This document shows positions 1 through 9,896 of a DNA stretch of 64,000 bases, in pieces. The notes beneath the pieces are model-generated. The model was not told the origin of the DNA, ran no database searches, and saw only the letters and a list, made by a program, of their open reading frames with translations. Numbering within the stretch: position 1 is the first letter of the stretch; each line of letters starts with the position of its first letter. Made by a program: the position numbers and the translations under genes. The DNA is from Giardia intestinalis (Eukaryota). The stretch lies in the NCBI GenBank assembly GCA_000002435.2, contig CM018789.1; one strand, written 5' to 3'.

Positions 1-228
1 ACTGTCTTCGCGTCTGCGATTGAAGGGGACGATGGGCTGCGCAAGTGCCAAGGGGCCGGCAACAGGGGCAATCACAGGCTTATCATCAATTTCAGACACT
101 CGCTTTTTCAGTGCAAGGGCAACCTCTTCTTCCTTCTGCTTAGCAAGCTGATCATTGTGAGCATTCACCAAGGCCTCAATCCGGGAGTAGTCTTCAAAAA
201 GTTCACTCTTTTGTAACTCTGGCGGCAT
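1..228 (-). CDS. Hypothetical protein, N-terminal part; the gene runs off the window start
   Basis: The minus-strand ATG at 226-228 (ggcggCAT) is preceded by an AT-rich aaaaaa initiator. The frame stays open to position 1 and translates as MPPELQKSELFEDYSRIEALVNAHNDQLAKQKEEE.... It is absent from the ORF track because no stop codon falls inside the window. Confidence 0.35.
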   Translation of the reverse strand, partial: MPPELQKSELFEDYSRIEALVNAHNDQLAKQKEEEVALALKKRVSEIDDKPVIAPVAGPLALAQPIVPFNRRREDS

Positions 229-241
229 TTTTTAATCAGTT

Positions 242-1231
242 TTACGTGTTGTCAACTAATTTGAACGCAAACTTAGTCATAAGGGTCCACAGTCGGGTCG
301 TAGGATGGGAGACGGACAACTCGTCTAGGAGCCCTTTCAACCTATCTGTGTCTTCGGGGTGTAAAGGTAACAACAGAACCCTTAGATATAGACCTGCGGG
401 GACAACAGCAGGTGGACTTGTGTATTGAAGGACAAGGTTGTACAGTTCTTCTAATGTGCTCCTCTGTGACAGACCTCCTTGTCCTGCACCCTCGGTAGTG
501 ACCCAGTCATAGAGACCTCTGAGGTAGTCCCAGATGGCTTGGTTTGCAGGCGTCTTAGAGAGCGCACTATCCACGAAGGAAAACTCATCCTCGTAAGCTG
601 CCTCCCCGGAAGTTAGTAGGTTCTTCACGCACATAAGCCTATATGCCCAATAGCTGTTGTTAAGCAGATCGTTCTCCAAAAGCTGCTCGACCCACTGTAG
701 CTCTTCCCTCCAATCTAAATTATTTAAAAGATTTGTCAAGCTCATTTTGTAATTCCAGACATGATAGTTCTTACTGTCCATAGATAGTATGCTGCACACA
801 AGGGACCGTTCCCGCAGCTCATAGTAACTTTTGCGGTCTTCTTCGGGAAGGATCTGCATCAGAGCATATCTATGTGGCCAGACCTGGAAGTTCTTACTGG
901 AGGCTTGTGCAATCACAGCACTTCTGTCCAGCTCATGCTGCGGGCTTACGAGTCCCAATCGAACACACTGTAAAATAAGCCGATACCCTGCATAGTCTGT
1001 TGGCCGCAAGGAGATGAGCTTATGGCCCAACTCGTACTGTTCCATTGTTCTAGCTTGCGGTGAGGCCCGCAGGGCGAGACAAGCATCCTCTACCAAAGCT
1101 CTAGTCTCATCATTTGGTACCCAGGATAGCAAGACTCGGTCAGTCCCTTCCCCATGGGACGACTCATCTAGAGATTCGAACTTCATACTCGCCCCCGATT
1201 GATCATTCCAAATTTCATTGAAAATTACCAT
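242..1231 (-). CDS. Protein prenyltransferase (farnesyl/geranylgeranyl) alpha subunit
   Basis: Several PPTA-type repeats with the N-x-x-W-x-x-R/K signature are present: KNFQVWPHRYAL, KNYHVWNYKMSL, NNSYWAYRLMCV and NQAIWDYLRGL. Confidence 0.65.
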   Translation of the reverse strand: MVIFNEIWNDQSGASMKFESLDESSHGEGTDRVLLSWVPNDETRALVEDACLALRASPQARTMEQYELGHKLISLRPTDYAGYRLILQCVRLGLVSPQHELDRSAVIAQASSKNFQVWPHRYALMQILPEEDRKSYYELRERSLVCSILSMDSKNYHVWNYKMSLTNLLNNLDWREELQWVEQLLENDLLNNSYWAYRLMCVKNLLTSGEAAYEDEFSFVDSALSKTPANQAIWDYLRGLYDWVTTEGAGQGGLSQRSTLEELYNLVLQYTSPPAVVPAGLYLRVLLLPLHPEDTDRLKGLLDELSVSHPTTRLWTLMTKFAFKLVDNT

Positions 1232-1264
1232 TCTTTAATTAAAAATATGCAATTAAAACAAAAA

Positions 1265-2431
1265 ATGCCTCCGAAAGGTAACCAGCCCAGTACCAAGACC
1301 ATTCAAAAGGAGAAGCAGAAAATAATAGAAGATCGCACTTTCGGGCTTAAGAACAAAAACAAGTCTAAAAAGGTTCAAGAGTACATCCAACAAGTCACAA
1401 AAAACATTCAGAATGCCCGATATCCGGGTCAGACACAAAACCGTCAGCAGCAGTCGACGGCTGAGCTGAATGCAAAGAGAAAGGAAGAGGAAAAGAAGGC
1501 ACAGATGCTGGCCATGCTGCGCTCTTCTCTGAGACAGCCCCCAATCCCAGAGGGCGCAAATCCCAAGGACTTCCCTTGCATCTTCTTCCTTCACAACTGC
1601 TGTGATAAGGGGGACAAGTGCAAGTATAGCCATAACAATGACACGAGTCATAGAGAGGCTCCATCTAAGAAGGAGCCTGTTGAAGAGGCGTCTGCAGAAG
1701 CCAAGGCCGCTTCCGGAGACGAAGAGAAGATCAGCGCGCTTTCCCAGGCGCTTGGAAAGCTAGACCTATACAGGGATATGCGCGAACAGCTCATGGAGTA
1801 TAATGCCAGGCAGCAGGCGAACAAGAGCGGCAAAAACTATGAGTCCATTCTCCAGGAGTATAAGGAAAGGTACCAGACCAGATTTGGAGACCGCAAGGTG
1901 TCCAAGGAGACCTGTCCTAACTATCTTGCAGCTTGTAAGAAGAGGGAAATCGGCTGGGGCTTTAAGTGCCCGCAGGAAGAAAAGACCGGCTACTGTGAGT
2001 TTCGACATTGTCTACCTCCCGGATACGTCATAGAGGAGAAGAAGAAGGTGGAGGTCATCGATAAAGACTTAGATTACGTTGAGATCGAGGAAGATATCGA
2101 ACGACGCAGAAATGAAATCACGTCTGGAACCCCTGTCAACCCAACCACGTTCGCTGAGTGGAAGAAAAAGCGCCTTGAAGCCAAGAAGGCTATAGAACAA
2201 GAAAACATCACCAGAGTGGAAAACATACTCAAGCAAAGGGGTGGTGAGCACTATCAGGGCCTCACAGGCCGCGCCATCTTTGAGAACATAGGGCGTATCA
2301 GTGGAATGGAGGACGTTGCCGCTGAACAGAACAAGGAAGAAATCGACGAATGGCTCAAGAACCGGGAGGACATTGAAGAAGTTGAGAAGGAGGCAGAACA
2401 GAGCGCTGGGCAGCCCCTCGACACCGAGTAA
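1265..2431 (+). CDS. ZC3H15/DFRP1/TMA46-like CCCH zinc-finger protein
   Basis: The N-terminus MPPKGNQ...FGLKNKNKSKKVQEYIQQV is lysine-rich like ZC3H15. Two C-x8-C-x5-C-x3-H-like fingers are present (FPCIFFLHNCCDKGDKCKYSH and CPNYLAACKK...). The likely true start is the ATG at 1265, directly after the AT-rich aattaaaacaaaaa; the track start at 1199 would overlap the upstream gene. Confidence 0.6.
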   Translation: MPPKGNQPSTKTIQKEKQKIIEDRTFGLKNKNKSKKVQEYIQQVTKNIQNARYPGQTQNRQQQSTAELNAKRKEEEKKAQMLAMLRSSLRQPPIPEGANPKDFPCIFFLHNCCDKGDKCKYSHNNDTSHREAPSKKEPVEEASAEAKAASGDEEKISALSQALGKLDLYRDMREQLMEYNARQQANKSGKNYESILQEYKERYQTRFGDRKVSKETCPNYLAACKKREIGWGFKCPQEEKTGYCEFRHCLPPGYVIEEKKKVEVIDKDLDYVEIEEDIERRRNEITSGTPVNPTTFAEWKKKRLEAKKAIEQENITRVENILKQRGGEHYQGLTGRAIFENIGRISGMEDVAAEQNKEEIDEWLKNREDIEEVEKEAEQSAGQPLDTE

Positions 2432-2489
2432 AGTTCTAAAAAAAGTCGAGCGAATTGATTTCAATTTCGTCTTTTTATAAGCAAAGGGA

Positions 2490-2867
2490 GTGAGGCAAAT
2501 GAAGCACCTTGCGGCGTACCTTCTGGCTAAGATGGGCGGCAAGAACGAGCCAGCCGTAGCTGACATCGAGAAGATAATAGCAGCCGTTGGAGGCACGACA
2601 GACGCAGACCTCGCGAAGACCGTTGTGGAGAAAGTTGGGGCTGGTGGCCTCTCTGTTGAGGATCTCATGAGTCTCGGAAAGAAGCGCATGGCGAGCATGC
2701 CCGCCGTGGGGGCAGCCCCTGCCGCTGCATCAACCGCTGCAGCAGTCGCCGAAGCAGCCCCTGCAGCAGCCAAGAAGGAGGAGTCTGACGACGACGAGAT
2801 TGTCGGTGCCGGTGGAATGTTCGGCGGCGACTCGTCTTCTTCTGAGGAGGAGTCCTCGTCTGATTAA
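2490..2867 (+). CDS. 60S acidic ribosomal protein P2 (P1/P2 stalk family)
   Basis: The N-terminus is MKHLAAYLLAKMGGKNEPAVADIEKII, followed by an Ala/Pro hinge. The C-terminus is the stalk signature EESDDDE...GMFGGDSSSSEEESSSD. Confidence 0.85.
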   Translation: MRQMKHLAAYLLAKMGGKNEPAVADIEKIIAAVGGTTDADLAKTVVEKVGAGGLSVEDLMSLGKKRMASMPAVGAAPAAASTAAAVAEAAPAAAKKEESDDDEIVGAGGMFGGDSSSSEEESSSD

Positions 2868-2881
2868 TCGCGGGGTTCTGG

Positions 2882-2888
2882 AGTAAAT
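2882..2888 (+). promoter_or_regulatory. Candidate Giardia-type polyadenylation signal (AGTRAAY-like AGTAAAT) 3' of the P2 gene
   Basis: The motif agtaaat lies 15 nt downstream of the P2 stop codon. The identification is by motif only. Confidence 0.3.
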
Positions 2889-2905
2889 ACGGTCGTTCTC
2901 GGTGC

Positions 2906-4633
2906 CTACTGCGTCACCCGATCCTCCTTACACTTTAGATACCACTCCTCGGTAATGTGTGTGTTCTCCCACTCCTTGACTTGCCGGGCGTGTGAAAAGC
3001 GAGCCTTAGTCTGTTGTGTGGTAGCATCTATCCGGAGGAGCTGCCGAAGATCCGCCTGCATTTTCTCCAGTTCAGGGACGGCCGCCGGGAAGATCTCCTT
3101 TCGGCGTCTAAAGATGAAACCTCTCATTGCTTTTGTGAGCTTTCCGAAGACAGGCCGTCGCTCACGCTGCTTGTTTGGCCCCTCCTCTAGTGTCTTATGG
3201 GTATAGCTCAAGGCCGAGACCCGAGAAAAGATAAAGGTCTCTATGCCCGATGGTAGAGCAATGTTGCACTGAGCTAGTTCACGTGACTCTAGCATGGGCG
3301 CAATAATGAGTCTGTACGAAGGATGGTCTTCCAACTTTGCCGATACACTTACCTGTGCAGTGCTTGCCCCTCGCACCACATTACTCGTCTGGGATTGAGC
3401 CAGAGTAGCGTTCTTAGAGGTTCCAGGAATGTATGAAATTTGACTAAATTTCTGAGTAACCTGATCGGTGCTTAGCTGTGTGTCGGCAACAGAGAGGTCT
3501 GGTATGCTTGTTTGGGACAGGTCCCCCTTGTCTCTCAACATGCTATTTTCCAGCTCATTCAGAAGAGCCGTGAATAACACTTGCATAGACGTATCATTTC
3601 CTGACTTCAAAATCATCTCCTCTGTTTCCAAAGATTTGTCCAGCTGAGGAAGGATCTCAGCTAGCCTTATGCCGCTCGGAAACCAAACTATGTTCTTCAG
3701 CAAATCTGCCTTGGACCAAATCTCGTACGGAGGCACATAAACCCACCGCTTCTCGGAAGAATAGGTCATCTGCTTCCTCTTCCGCATATCTCGTAAAAGG
3801 GAGTCGAATGGATAGGGAAGGTAGGATGGATTGAGAGCCTTCTGCAAGTATAGTAGCGTCTCCTTAAGCTTTTCATCACCATCACTCACTTCTGTCACGT
3901 TGATATGATGGAGGAAAAGAGAGAAACTTACAATGGTATCTGATAGAAAGATGGGAAGAACCCCCTGCTGACCGTGGTACTGGGAGATTTGCTGCACGAT
4001 CTTCATAAGCGGCAAGGTGGATAACCGTCGCATTTCTAACCTTCCCGATCTTCCTATCGCTCCCCCCTTGGTTAGTAGCATCTCTGGCAACTCTGGTTGA
4101 TAGCACAAGAACAAACCATCCTTGATCAGCTGCTCACCAAGCTTTATCGAGATTTTTGGGTATGTAAACAGATTGCCATCGTTGTACTCAACATTAACTA
4201 ACTGCAAAAGAGATAAAACGAAAATCAAGTCTACCAGATAAACGGCGGATTCTACCGAACAGCCGTGGGAAAATACTATTTGATAGCTACGAGCGTCAGA
4301 CTGCGTACGCTTAATCTTACGAATGAAGTGGCATAGCTGTTTCAGGTACTTTTCATCTGTCTCTTCAGGATAGATAAGTTTTATGTCTAGATATAATCTG
4401 TAATCTAGCTTGCTGAGGATATAGGTAAGCTTATTAACTAATCTGTCTTGAGAAATATCAATGGATATGCTGCGCACCTCTTTCAGCGACTCTAATTCCT
4501 CTATAACAAACTCATAAAAAAGGCGATATGCGAGCGATGAGATAGGGACTTTCTTTCCCGTGGAGATATAATGTTGATACACGTACACTTTATCGGTCGC
4601 AAATTGAAGAATGTGCGGGAGATTGGATGACAT
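2906..4633 (-). CDS. Hypothetical protein (575 aa)
   Basis: It is a long uninterrupted ORF in a compact gene array. I recognised no motif. Confidence 0.5.
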   Translation of the reverse strand: MSSNLPHILQFATDKVYVYQHYISTGKKVPISSLAYRLFYEFVIEELESLKEVRSISIDISQDRLVNKLTYILSKLDYRLYLDIKLIYPEETDEKYLKQLCHFIRKIKRTQSDARSYQIVFSHGCSVESAVYLVDLIFVLSLLQLVNVEYNDGNLFTYPKISIKLGEQLIKDGLFLCYQPELPEMLLTKGGAIGRSGRLEMRRLSTLPLMKIVQQISQYHGQQGVLPIFLSDTIVSFSLFLHHINVTEVSDGDEKLKETLLYLQKALNPSYLPYPFDSLLRDMRKRKQMTYSSEKRWVYVPPYEIWSKADLLKNIVWFPSGIRLAEILPQLDKSLETEEMILKSGNDTSMQVLFTALLNELENSMLRDKGDLSQTSIPDLSVADTQLSTDQVTQKFSQISYIPGTSKNATLAQSQTSNVVRGASTAQVSVSAKLEDHPSYRLIIAPMLESRELAQCNIALPSGIETFIFSRVSALSYTHKTLEEGPNKQRERRPVFGKLTKAMRGFIFRRRKEIFPAAVPELEKMQADLRQLLRIDATTQQTKARFSHARQVKEWENTHITEEWYLKCKEDRVTQ

Positions 4634-5044
4634 TTTTTTTGTGATTTACTTTCTATGTTCCCTGCTCAAGTACTAACCCTAGATCAGTAAATCTCTTTAA
4701 TTGTGTATGGATGCGTGAAATAAAAAATCTACGAGACCTCTATAAACCTGGCTGCCTGATGGGCAAGTACTCATAAAGACCACCTACACTCAACCACCCC
4801 ATCACTGAACAAGACCTACGCCTTGCTTTGCTGTCTTCAAGTGCAAGCTGTTATCAGTGAGCTCTCATCCACTGATAAGTTTTTGAGATATAACCACCTA
4901 TGTTTCGGCCCTCACCACCCATGGCAGCCATTTAATCTACGAATGACTAATTTCATATGGGACATAGACAAGAACATAAAGTAGATCTTCCACTCTCAGC
5001 AGCGCAGGTTAAGAAAGAACAAAATTACTTTTGGCTGTTAGGAG

Positions 5045-6793
5045 ATGGCAGACCTAGCAAAGTCAGCTCAACCATCACTTCAGTCCGCATCCTTAGATCT
5101 GGTTCGCCAGCGGGCTGAGCACTGCTTTAATATCTACCATACTCATGCAGAAACGCTATTCCCACTCTCAGTAATTTTATTGTCCTCCATCACAAAATCC
5201 AGTGCAATTCATTCATCGTCCTTCCTTTGGAACACACAATCGCAAGGAGCAGTTAGTTCATCATATTACGGACTCGTCCGTATTCTTAATGAAGTTGCAA
5301 ATTATTTAGAGCAGATGGAGGTGTGCAGTCACATGGACTCACTAGAAGCTCCATCTCTACAAGATAGCCCTTCTTCTACAGACCAATTTCATGAAGTTTC
5401 ACTGGCTTTGTGTGCACCGTGCTTTTTATATGACAATTTGCACTCGTTTTACACTTTAGAATCGCCTCCTTCTGTATCTGCAGAACCCTTTTATAAACGA
5501 ATCTTCTCATATATTTACCCATCACTCTCTTCTCCACGTCCCTTCCAGATACAGAAAAGTGTCATAACTGCACATAAGAAGCACTGTCTCGAGCTAATAC
5601 TGTCTGAAATCATCAATGCTAACTCACAATGCAAAGCATCATGCCAGGTCCTTGTCATTTTAGCTACAGTTAGTGCCTCATCACTCAGTGCAAAGTCTGT
5701 TATTTTCCTTAGCACTCCACATCTCTCTGATCATAACTCTACATTGTTAATAATACCTGGCCCAGTTGCACGAAAAGAAATCGTGGTCCCCAATCTTCAA
5801 GCTGTCAAGGTTACAGGGCAAATCCCTCCGGTAAACATTCAGCAGCACGTAGAGACCCTATCCTTCACTAACGTCGAATCCACTTTCAGACTCTTTTCTC
5901 GAAACAAACCAGTAGCTTGGCAGGTCATAAGTCCGTCCCATACGGGCGTGCTGCTACCTTTTATGCAGAAGTGCAACGGTCTCCACAGCTGGGCATCAAT
6001 TGCAGAGAACATTCGTGCATATAATCTTCCGGTGATAAAGAACGCATTAAAGACTGCAGCACGTATACGTACTAGCAAGGTGCGGCGAGTGAAGTTGCAG
6101 AAAACAAAGCGGAGCTCCTTCTTTTCATTCAAGTCTGTGCCAGGCCAAAAGCACTTCTTACTTAGTCGCAGAAATGTCCCTTCTAAGGCTGTGCAAGCCA
6201 AGAAGACTCTTGGCATAAACCGTGGAAGTCTCTTTTGCTGCCACATGTCTCCAGGCGAATATGATTCTCAGCTACCCTTTCAAACACGCATTCCGTTGGC
6301 TCTTACTCAGGATTCCACACCTCATCTACGAGTGAAAAAGCAGTTTACTCCGCAGCTAGCTCAATCCACTTCAGAAGCAGGAATATATAGTTTCACAGTG
6401 CAGCTGAGGTTACCTGATGGTTCTGACCCCATGCTGACTGTGTACATTGCAAAGGTATCTCTTCATTTTTCAGAGGCCCAAGGAGCGGTTTTGCTCCCTA
6501 ATTCTTCAGAACTCTTGCCCGTTCCTTGCACCTGTGAGCTCCCAGTCGGCAAGTTTCTGACCAATAAGAGTGCTCATACAAAGTATGGCCTATACAGTTT
6601 ACACACACAGCAGATTGAATGGCAGCCTTCAGGCATCAAAAGGTATAGCGGTAATACAACAGCATGCGTGTCGCTAAACGTACAATATCATAGTCAAGCT
6701 ATGCCCGGGCTAACTTCATATCCTGCTGTCGATGTGTCCATCGATAGCAGAGTAATTCCAGATGTCGTGTACATCACTGACATCATTCCTTAG
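5045..6793 (+). CDS. Hypothetical protein (582 aa)
   Basis: It is a long ORF divergent from the upstream gene. I recognised no motif. Confidence 0.5.
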   Translation: MADLAKSAQPSLQSASLDLVRQRAEHCFNIYHTHAETLFPLSVILLSSITKSSAIHSSSFLWNTQSQGAVSSSYYGLVRILNEVANYLEQMEVCSHMDSLEAPSLQDSPSSTDQFHEVSLALCAPCFLYDNLHSFYTLESPPSVSAEPFYKRIFSYIYPSLSSPRPFQIQKSVITAHKKHCLELILSEIINANSQCKASCQVLVILATVSASSLSAKSVIFLSTPHLSDHNSTLLIIPGPVARKEIVVPNLQAVKVTGQIPPVNIQQHVETLSFTNVESTFRLFSRNKPVAWQVISPSHTGVLLPFMQKCNGLHSWASIAENIRAYNLPVIKNALKTAARIRTSKVRRVKLQKTKRSSFFSFKSVPGQKHFLLSRRNVPSKAVQAKKTLGINRGSLFCCHMSPGEYDSQLPFQTRIPLALTQDSTPHLRVKKQFTPQLAQSTSEAGIYSFTVQLRLPDGSDPMLTVYIAKVSLHFSEAQGAVLLPNSSELLPVPCTCELPVGKFLTNKSAHTKYGLYSLHTQQIEWQPSGIKRYSGNTTACVSLNVQYHSQAMPGLTSYPAVDVSIDSRVIPDVVYITDIIP

Positions 6794-6809
6794 CTCTGCT
6801 CTTTTGTAG

Positions 6810-7037
6810 TTACTTTACGGGAAGGGTTCCAGACGAGCGGAACATGGCTAAGATCTCTGCCTCTGTGGGCAGAGGTTCTCCTGCGCTGTACTTGGCTTTT
6901 AGCGCCACTGTAATGTGGTTCTGAAGAACCTGGAGGTGCTCTATGACACGTTCGTACTCCTCAGTAAGTGCACCCGTGTATGCCGCACATGTCGTCTCCC
7001 AGATCTCGTTTAGTGTCTGTGAATCGGCACTAGACAT
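6810..7037 (-). CDS. Small hypothetical protein (75 aa)
   Basis: The ORF has a clean ATG, is not low-complexity, and fits the gap between neighbouring genes. Nothing else supports it. Confidence 0.25.
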   Translation of the reverse strand: MSSADSQTLNEIWETTCAAYTGALTEEYERVIEHLQVLQNHITVALKAKYSAGEPLPTEAEILAMFRSSGTLPVK

Positions 7038-7607
7038 GAATTAAGAATTTATTGGTCCTGTCAGCCTCCTGTCAGCCGTTGATCGCCCATTGTCTAATGT
7101 GGCTTGCTACTCGGTTCTACCACTGGCCCTGCACGTTGGCTACTGGGTGCCGTTGAGAGGATCACCAACCCAGCCACCCAATCGACGAAGGAAGTGGCGG
7201 TAGACGCTCATGATCGTCTGCATGTGTTCGTTGTTGACGAGCGCTTGTATGCACTGCAGACCGCTGAGAACGCTCAGCAAACGCCACAGTGACCTTAGTC
7301 ATAGATCGGGGTGATGTACTCATCTCGGAGGTCGACCACACCAGGAATGGGCCTCAGCGATTTGGCACACAGGCACTCTGGGTTGGCCGACTGTAGTGGA
7401 GGAGCATGATTCACAGATGTCCTTTGGCTCCCCTATGAAGACGCAAAGCCTGGCTGTTTGTCTTTAACACTGCGAGCAACAGATACTCATAAACACCAGT
7501 TTACACAAAATGTAACGTTCGTTTTTAGGCTTGAGAGTTGGATGCATGTGCATCTGGGCCTATAGTGGGATAGCTGGTAAGGTAGTGTTCAACAGAATGT
7601 TCGTAGA

Positions 7608-9896
7608 ATGCACCTGTACGTAGATTCCACACTTAACTTTCTGGGACACACAAAAAATAGTATACGAATGTTGTGTCTGCTAGCTTTGGAATTCGTAGTT
7701 AGCCTCGTTGTCGATGCTTATCAGAATGCTTTTGAAAAGGAGTGTACGACTGTGGCGCAAAAGGACACATGCGCGACCAAGAAGTGTATAACGGTCAGCG
7801 GCACCGAACTGTGCCGCGAGTGCGTTGGCGGAAAAGTCCCTATCGACGGGATTTGTAAGGACACTACTGATTCCAGTGTTAGTTTATATGGATGCGAGCA
7901 TTCTAGTGGCACTGGATTTTGCACCTCGTGCAAGGATACCGCCTTCCTCTTCTACGGCAGCTGTTACGCTATAGACAAGGTTCCGGGAAACCTTGTTTGT
8001 AGCAAAGCAGAGAGTGGCAAGTGTACGGAGTGCAGACAAGGATCAAAGTTTCTGTTTACAAACCCCGACGACAGTGCGGCGGAACGGTGCATATTGTGTT
8101 ACGACAACGTCGGCTTCGGCTCATATAAAGGCGTCGATGGCTGCAGGTACTGCCTGCCTCCGCTCACCGGAGAGACATCTGCAGAGTGCAACTGGTGCCA
8201 GAATGAGAAGTATGGCCCGATAGACGGAGTATGCAAAGATCCGGGCAGGCACTTGTGCGCCGACGGGGCCTGCTCAAACTGTTACATGACTCACATTCAG
8301 CACAACGGAGGGTGCTACACAAAGACAGAAACCGTTGCACAGAAGATATGCACCACCGAAAACCAGTTCCAAGTAATTAACATCACTGCCTGCAAGAAGT
8401 GCGCCATTAAAGGGGAGGTCCCAATGGACGGGCGGTGCATAAAGGGCTTGCTCGAGCCAAAGTGCAACCCGTATCCTAACACGGATGGCAGCTGTACCGA
8501 TTGTAAGAAGGGCGGAGTCAGCTACGACACGTTCCTGTTCAACGAGGGCTGCTACAACATGAGCGATTACATCGGGTCCCAGATCTGCAGCAAGGTTAAC
8601 GAAAACGCAGAATGTGAACTTTGGAATATCGGAAGTTATGCAGTTTTCCGGCCTCCAAACGACAAAACTGCCCATACGTGCAGCGATACTTCTGCCAGGG
8701 GCATCCCTGGATGCTCCCGCTGCAGCTACAATGTTGAGAAGAAAGGGCCTATTTGCTATAACTGTGAGTACAACACGTTGGCTTTTGATAGAATGTCATG
8801 TATCACTGAAACCAGCTGCACAGGGGATAATGTACAACGAAAGTGCCCTGGAAACTCCGAAAGAGGGTGCAGATGCGAGTGTGCAGAGAAATCCTATAAG
8901 AACGGAGATAAGTGCGTTGCGTGCGATTCATCATGTCTGAAATGCGCTGGACGAGAGAGTAGATCTTGCACACTGTGTCCTCCTGGCAAAGCTCTTAAAT
9001 ACATAGGAAGTTCTATGGTAGGAACGTGTGAAGAGGGCTGCAAACAGGATGATACATGCGAGACCTGTGGCCTAACGGTTAATCAAACAGCATATTGCTC
9101 TAAGTGCAAGGACCCCACTAAATATCCCCTAGATGGTGTGTGCACATCAGCAAGTGAAGCCAGGACATCCGCCTGTTTGCAGCAGTCCAATGGAGCGTGT
9201 CAGAAATGCTCATCTGACTATTTCTTAATGGGCGGTGGCTGCTACCAAATCAACAAATATCCCGGTCGATTTGTATGTGGATGGGCCGACGATGGGAAGT
9301 GTATAGAGACTATGAATGGATACAGCATTAACGACCAGGGCCAACTTGTAGATTGCGACTCTACCTGCATGACGTGCGTGGAAGGCAAGAAGGAGCAATG
9401 CTTGTCGTGTCACTCAAGCAAATACCTCAAGAAGGAAGGGACAACTTCTTACGGCACCTGCGTGAGCCGCAACGACTGCAAGGACGGATACTACGCCAAT
9501 CACGATACCATGGAGTGCCTCCCGTGCAACATCAACGACTGCGTCTCGTGCCATCTTATTGACAAGTCAATTTTGTGCAGTCGATGTCGTGGAGACAATC
9601 TTGTGGGCCTCGACAAACGCTCGTGCACGACGGTGATCCCCGAAAATGCCGTTGAGTCCTGGGGTGGTTATACATGCAACGATGACTCGGTTCTCTCGGG
9701 CAACGCATGTCTGAGAAAGAGCTCCCAGAAGAACAAAGGAAATGGGCTTTCTAACAACGTGATTATTGGAATTTGTGTTGGAGCTGTTTTGATTATGGGT
9801 GCGCTGATTGGTGTCCTGGCCTGGTGGGTGGTGTCCCGGAAGAAAAAGAGCGCCAGCTTTGAACGTAGTAGAAGCCTGGTTATATCTAAGTCCTAG
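7608..9896 (+). CDS. High-cysteine membrane protein (HCMP; VSP-like CxxC-rich type I membrane protein)
   Basis: CxxC/CxC motifs are dense throughout. A hydrophobic signal-like segment (MLCLLALEFVVSLVV) marks a probable true start near 7668. There is a single C-terminal TM (VIIGICVGAVLIMGALIGVLAWWVV) followed by a short basic tail. The protein does not end in CRGKA, so I call it an HCMP rather than a canonical VSP. Confidence 0.75.
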   Translation: MHLYVDSTLNFLGHTKNSIRMLCLLALEFVVSLVVDAYQNAFEKECTTVAQKDTCATKKCITVSGTELCRECVGGKVPIDGICKDTTDSSVSLYGCEHSSGTGFCTSCKDTAFLFYGSCYAIDKVPGNLVCSKAESGKCTECRQGSKFLFTNPDDSAAERCILCYDNVGFGSYKGVDGCRYCLPPLTGETSAECNWCQNEKYGPIDGVCKDPGRHLCADGACSNCYMTHIQHNGGCYTKTETVAQKICTTENQFQVINITACKKCAIKGEVPMDGRCIKGLLEPKCNPYPNTDGSCTDCKKGGVSYDTFLFNEGCYNMSDYIGSQICSKVNENAECELWNIGSYAVFRPPNDKTAHTCSDTSARGIPGCSRCSYNVEKKGPICYNCEYNTLAFDRMSCITETSCTGDNVQRKCPGNSERGCRCECAEKSYKNGDKCVACDSSCLKCAGRESRSCTLCPPGKALKYIGSSMVGTCEEGCKQDDTCETCGLTVNQTAYCSKCKDPTKYPLDGVCTSASEARTSACLQQSNGACQKCSSDYFLMGGGCYQINKYPGRFVCGWADDGKCIETMNGYSINDQGQLVDCDSTCMTCVEGKKEQCLSCHSSKYLKKEGTTSYGTCVSRNDCKDGYYANHDTMECLPCNINDCVSCHLIDKSILCSRCRGDNLVGLDKRSCTTVIPENAVESWGGYTCNDDSVLSGNACLRKSSQKNKGNGLSNNVIIGICVGAVLIMGALIGVLAWWVVSRKKKSASFERSRSLVISKS

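Noticed and set aside
1199-1264. The upstream extension of the ZC3H15-like ORF (track start 1199).
   Set aside because: It would overlap the 3' end of the prenyltransferase gene. The ATG at 1265 follows an AT-rich initiator and gives the conserved MPPK N-terminus.
7608-9896. Calling the cysteine-rich protein a variant-specific surface protein (VSP).
   Set aside because: The C-terminus is ...WWVVSRKKKSASFERSRSLVISKS, not the CRGKA pentapeptide. HCMP is the safer call.
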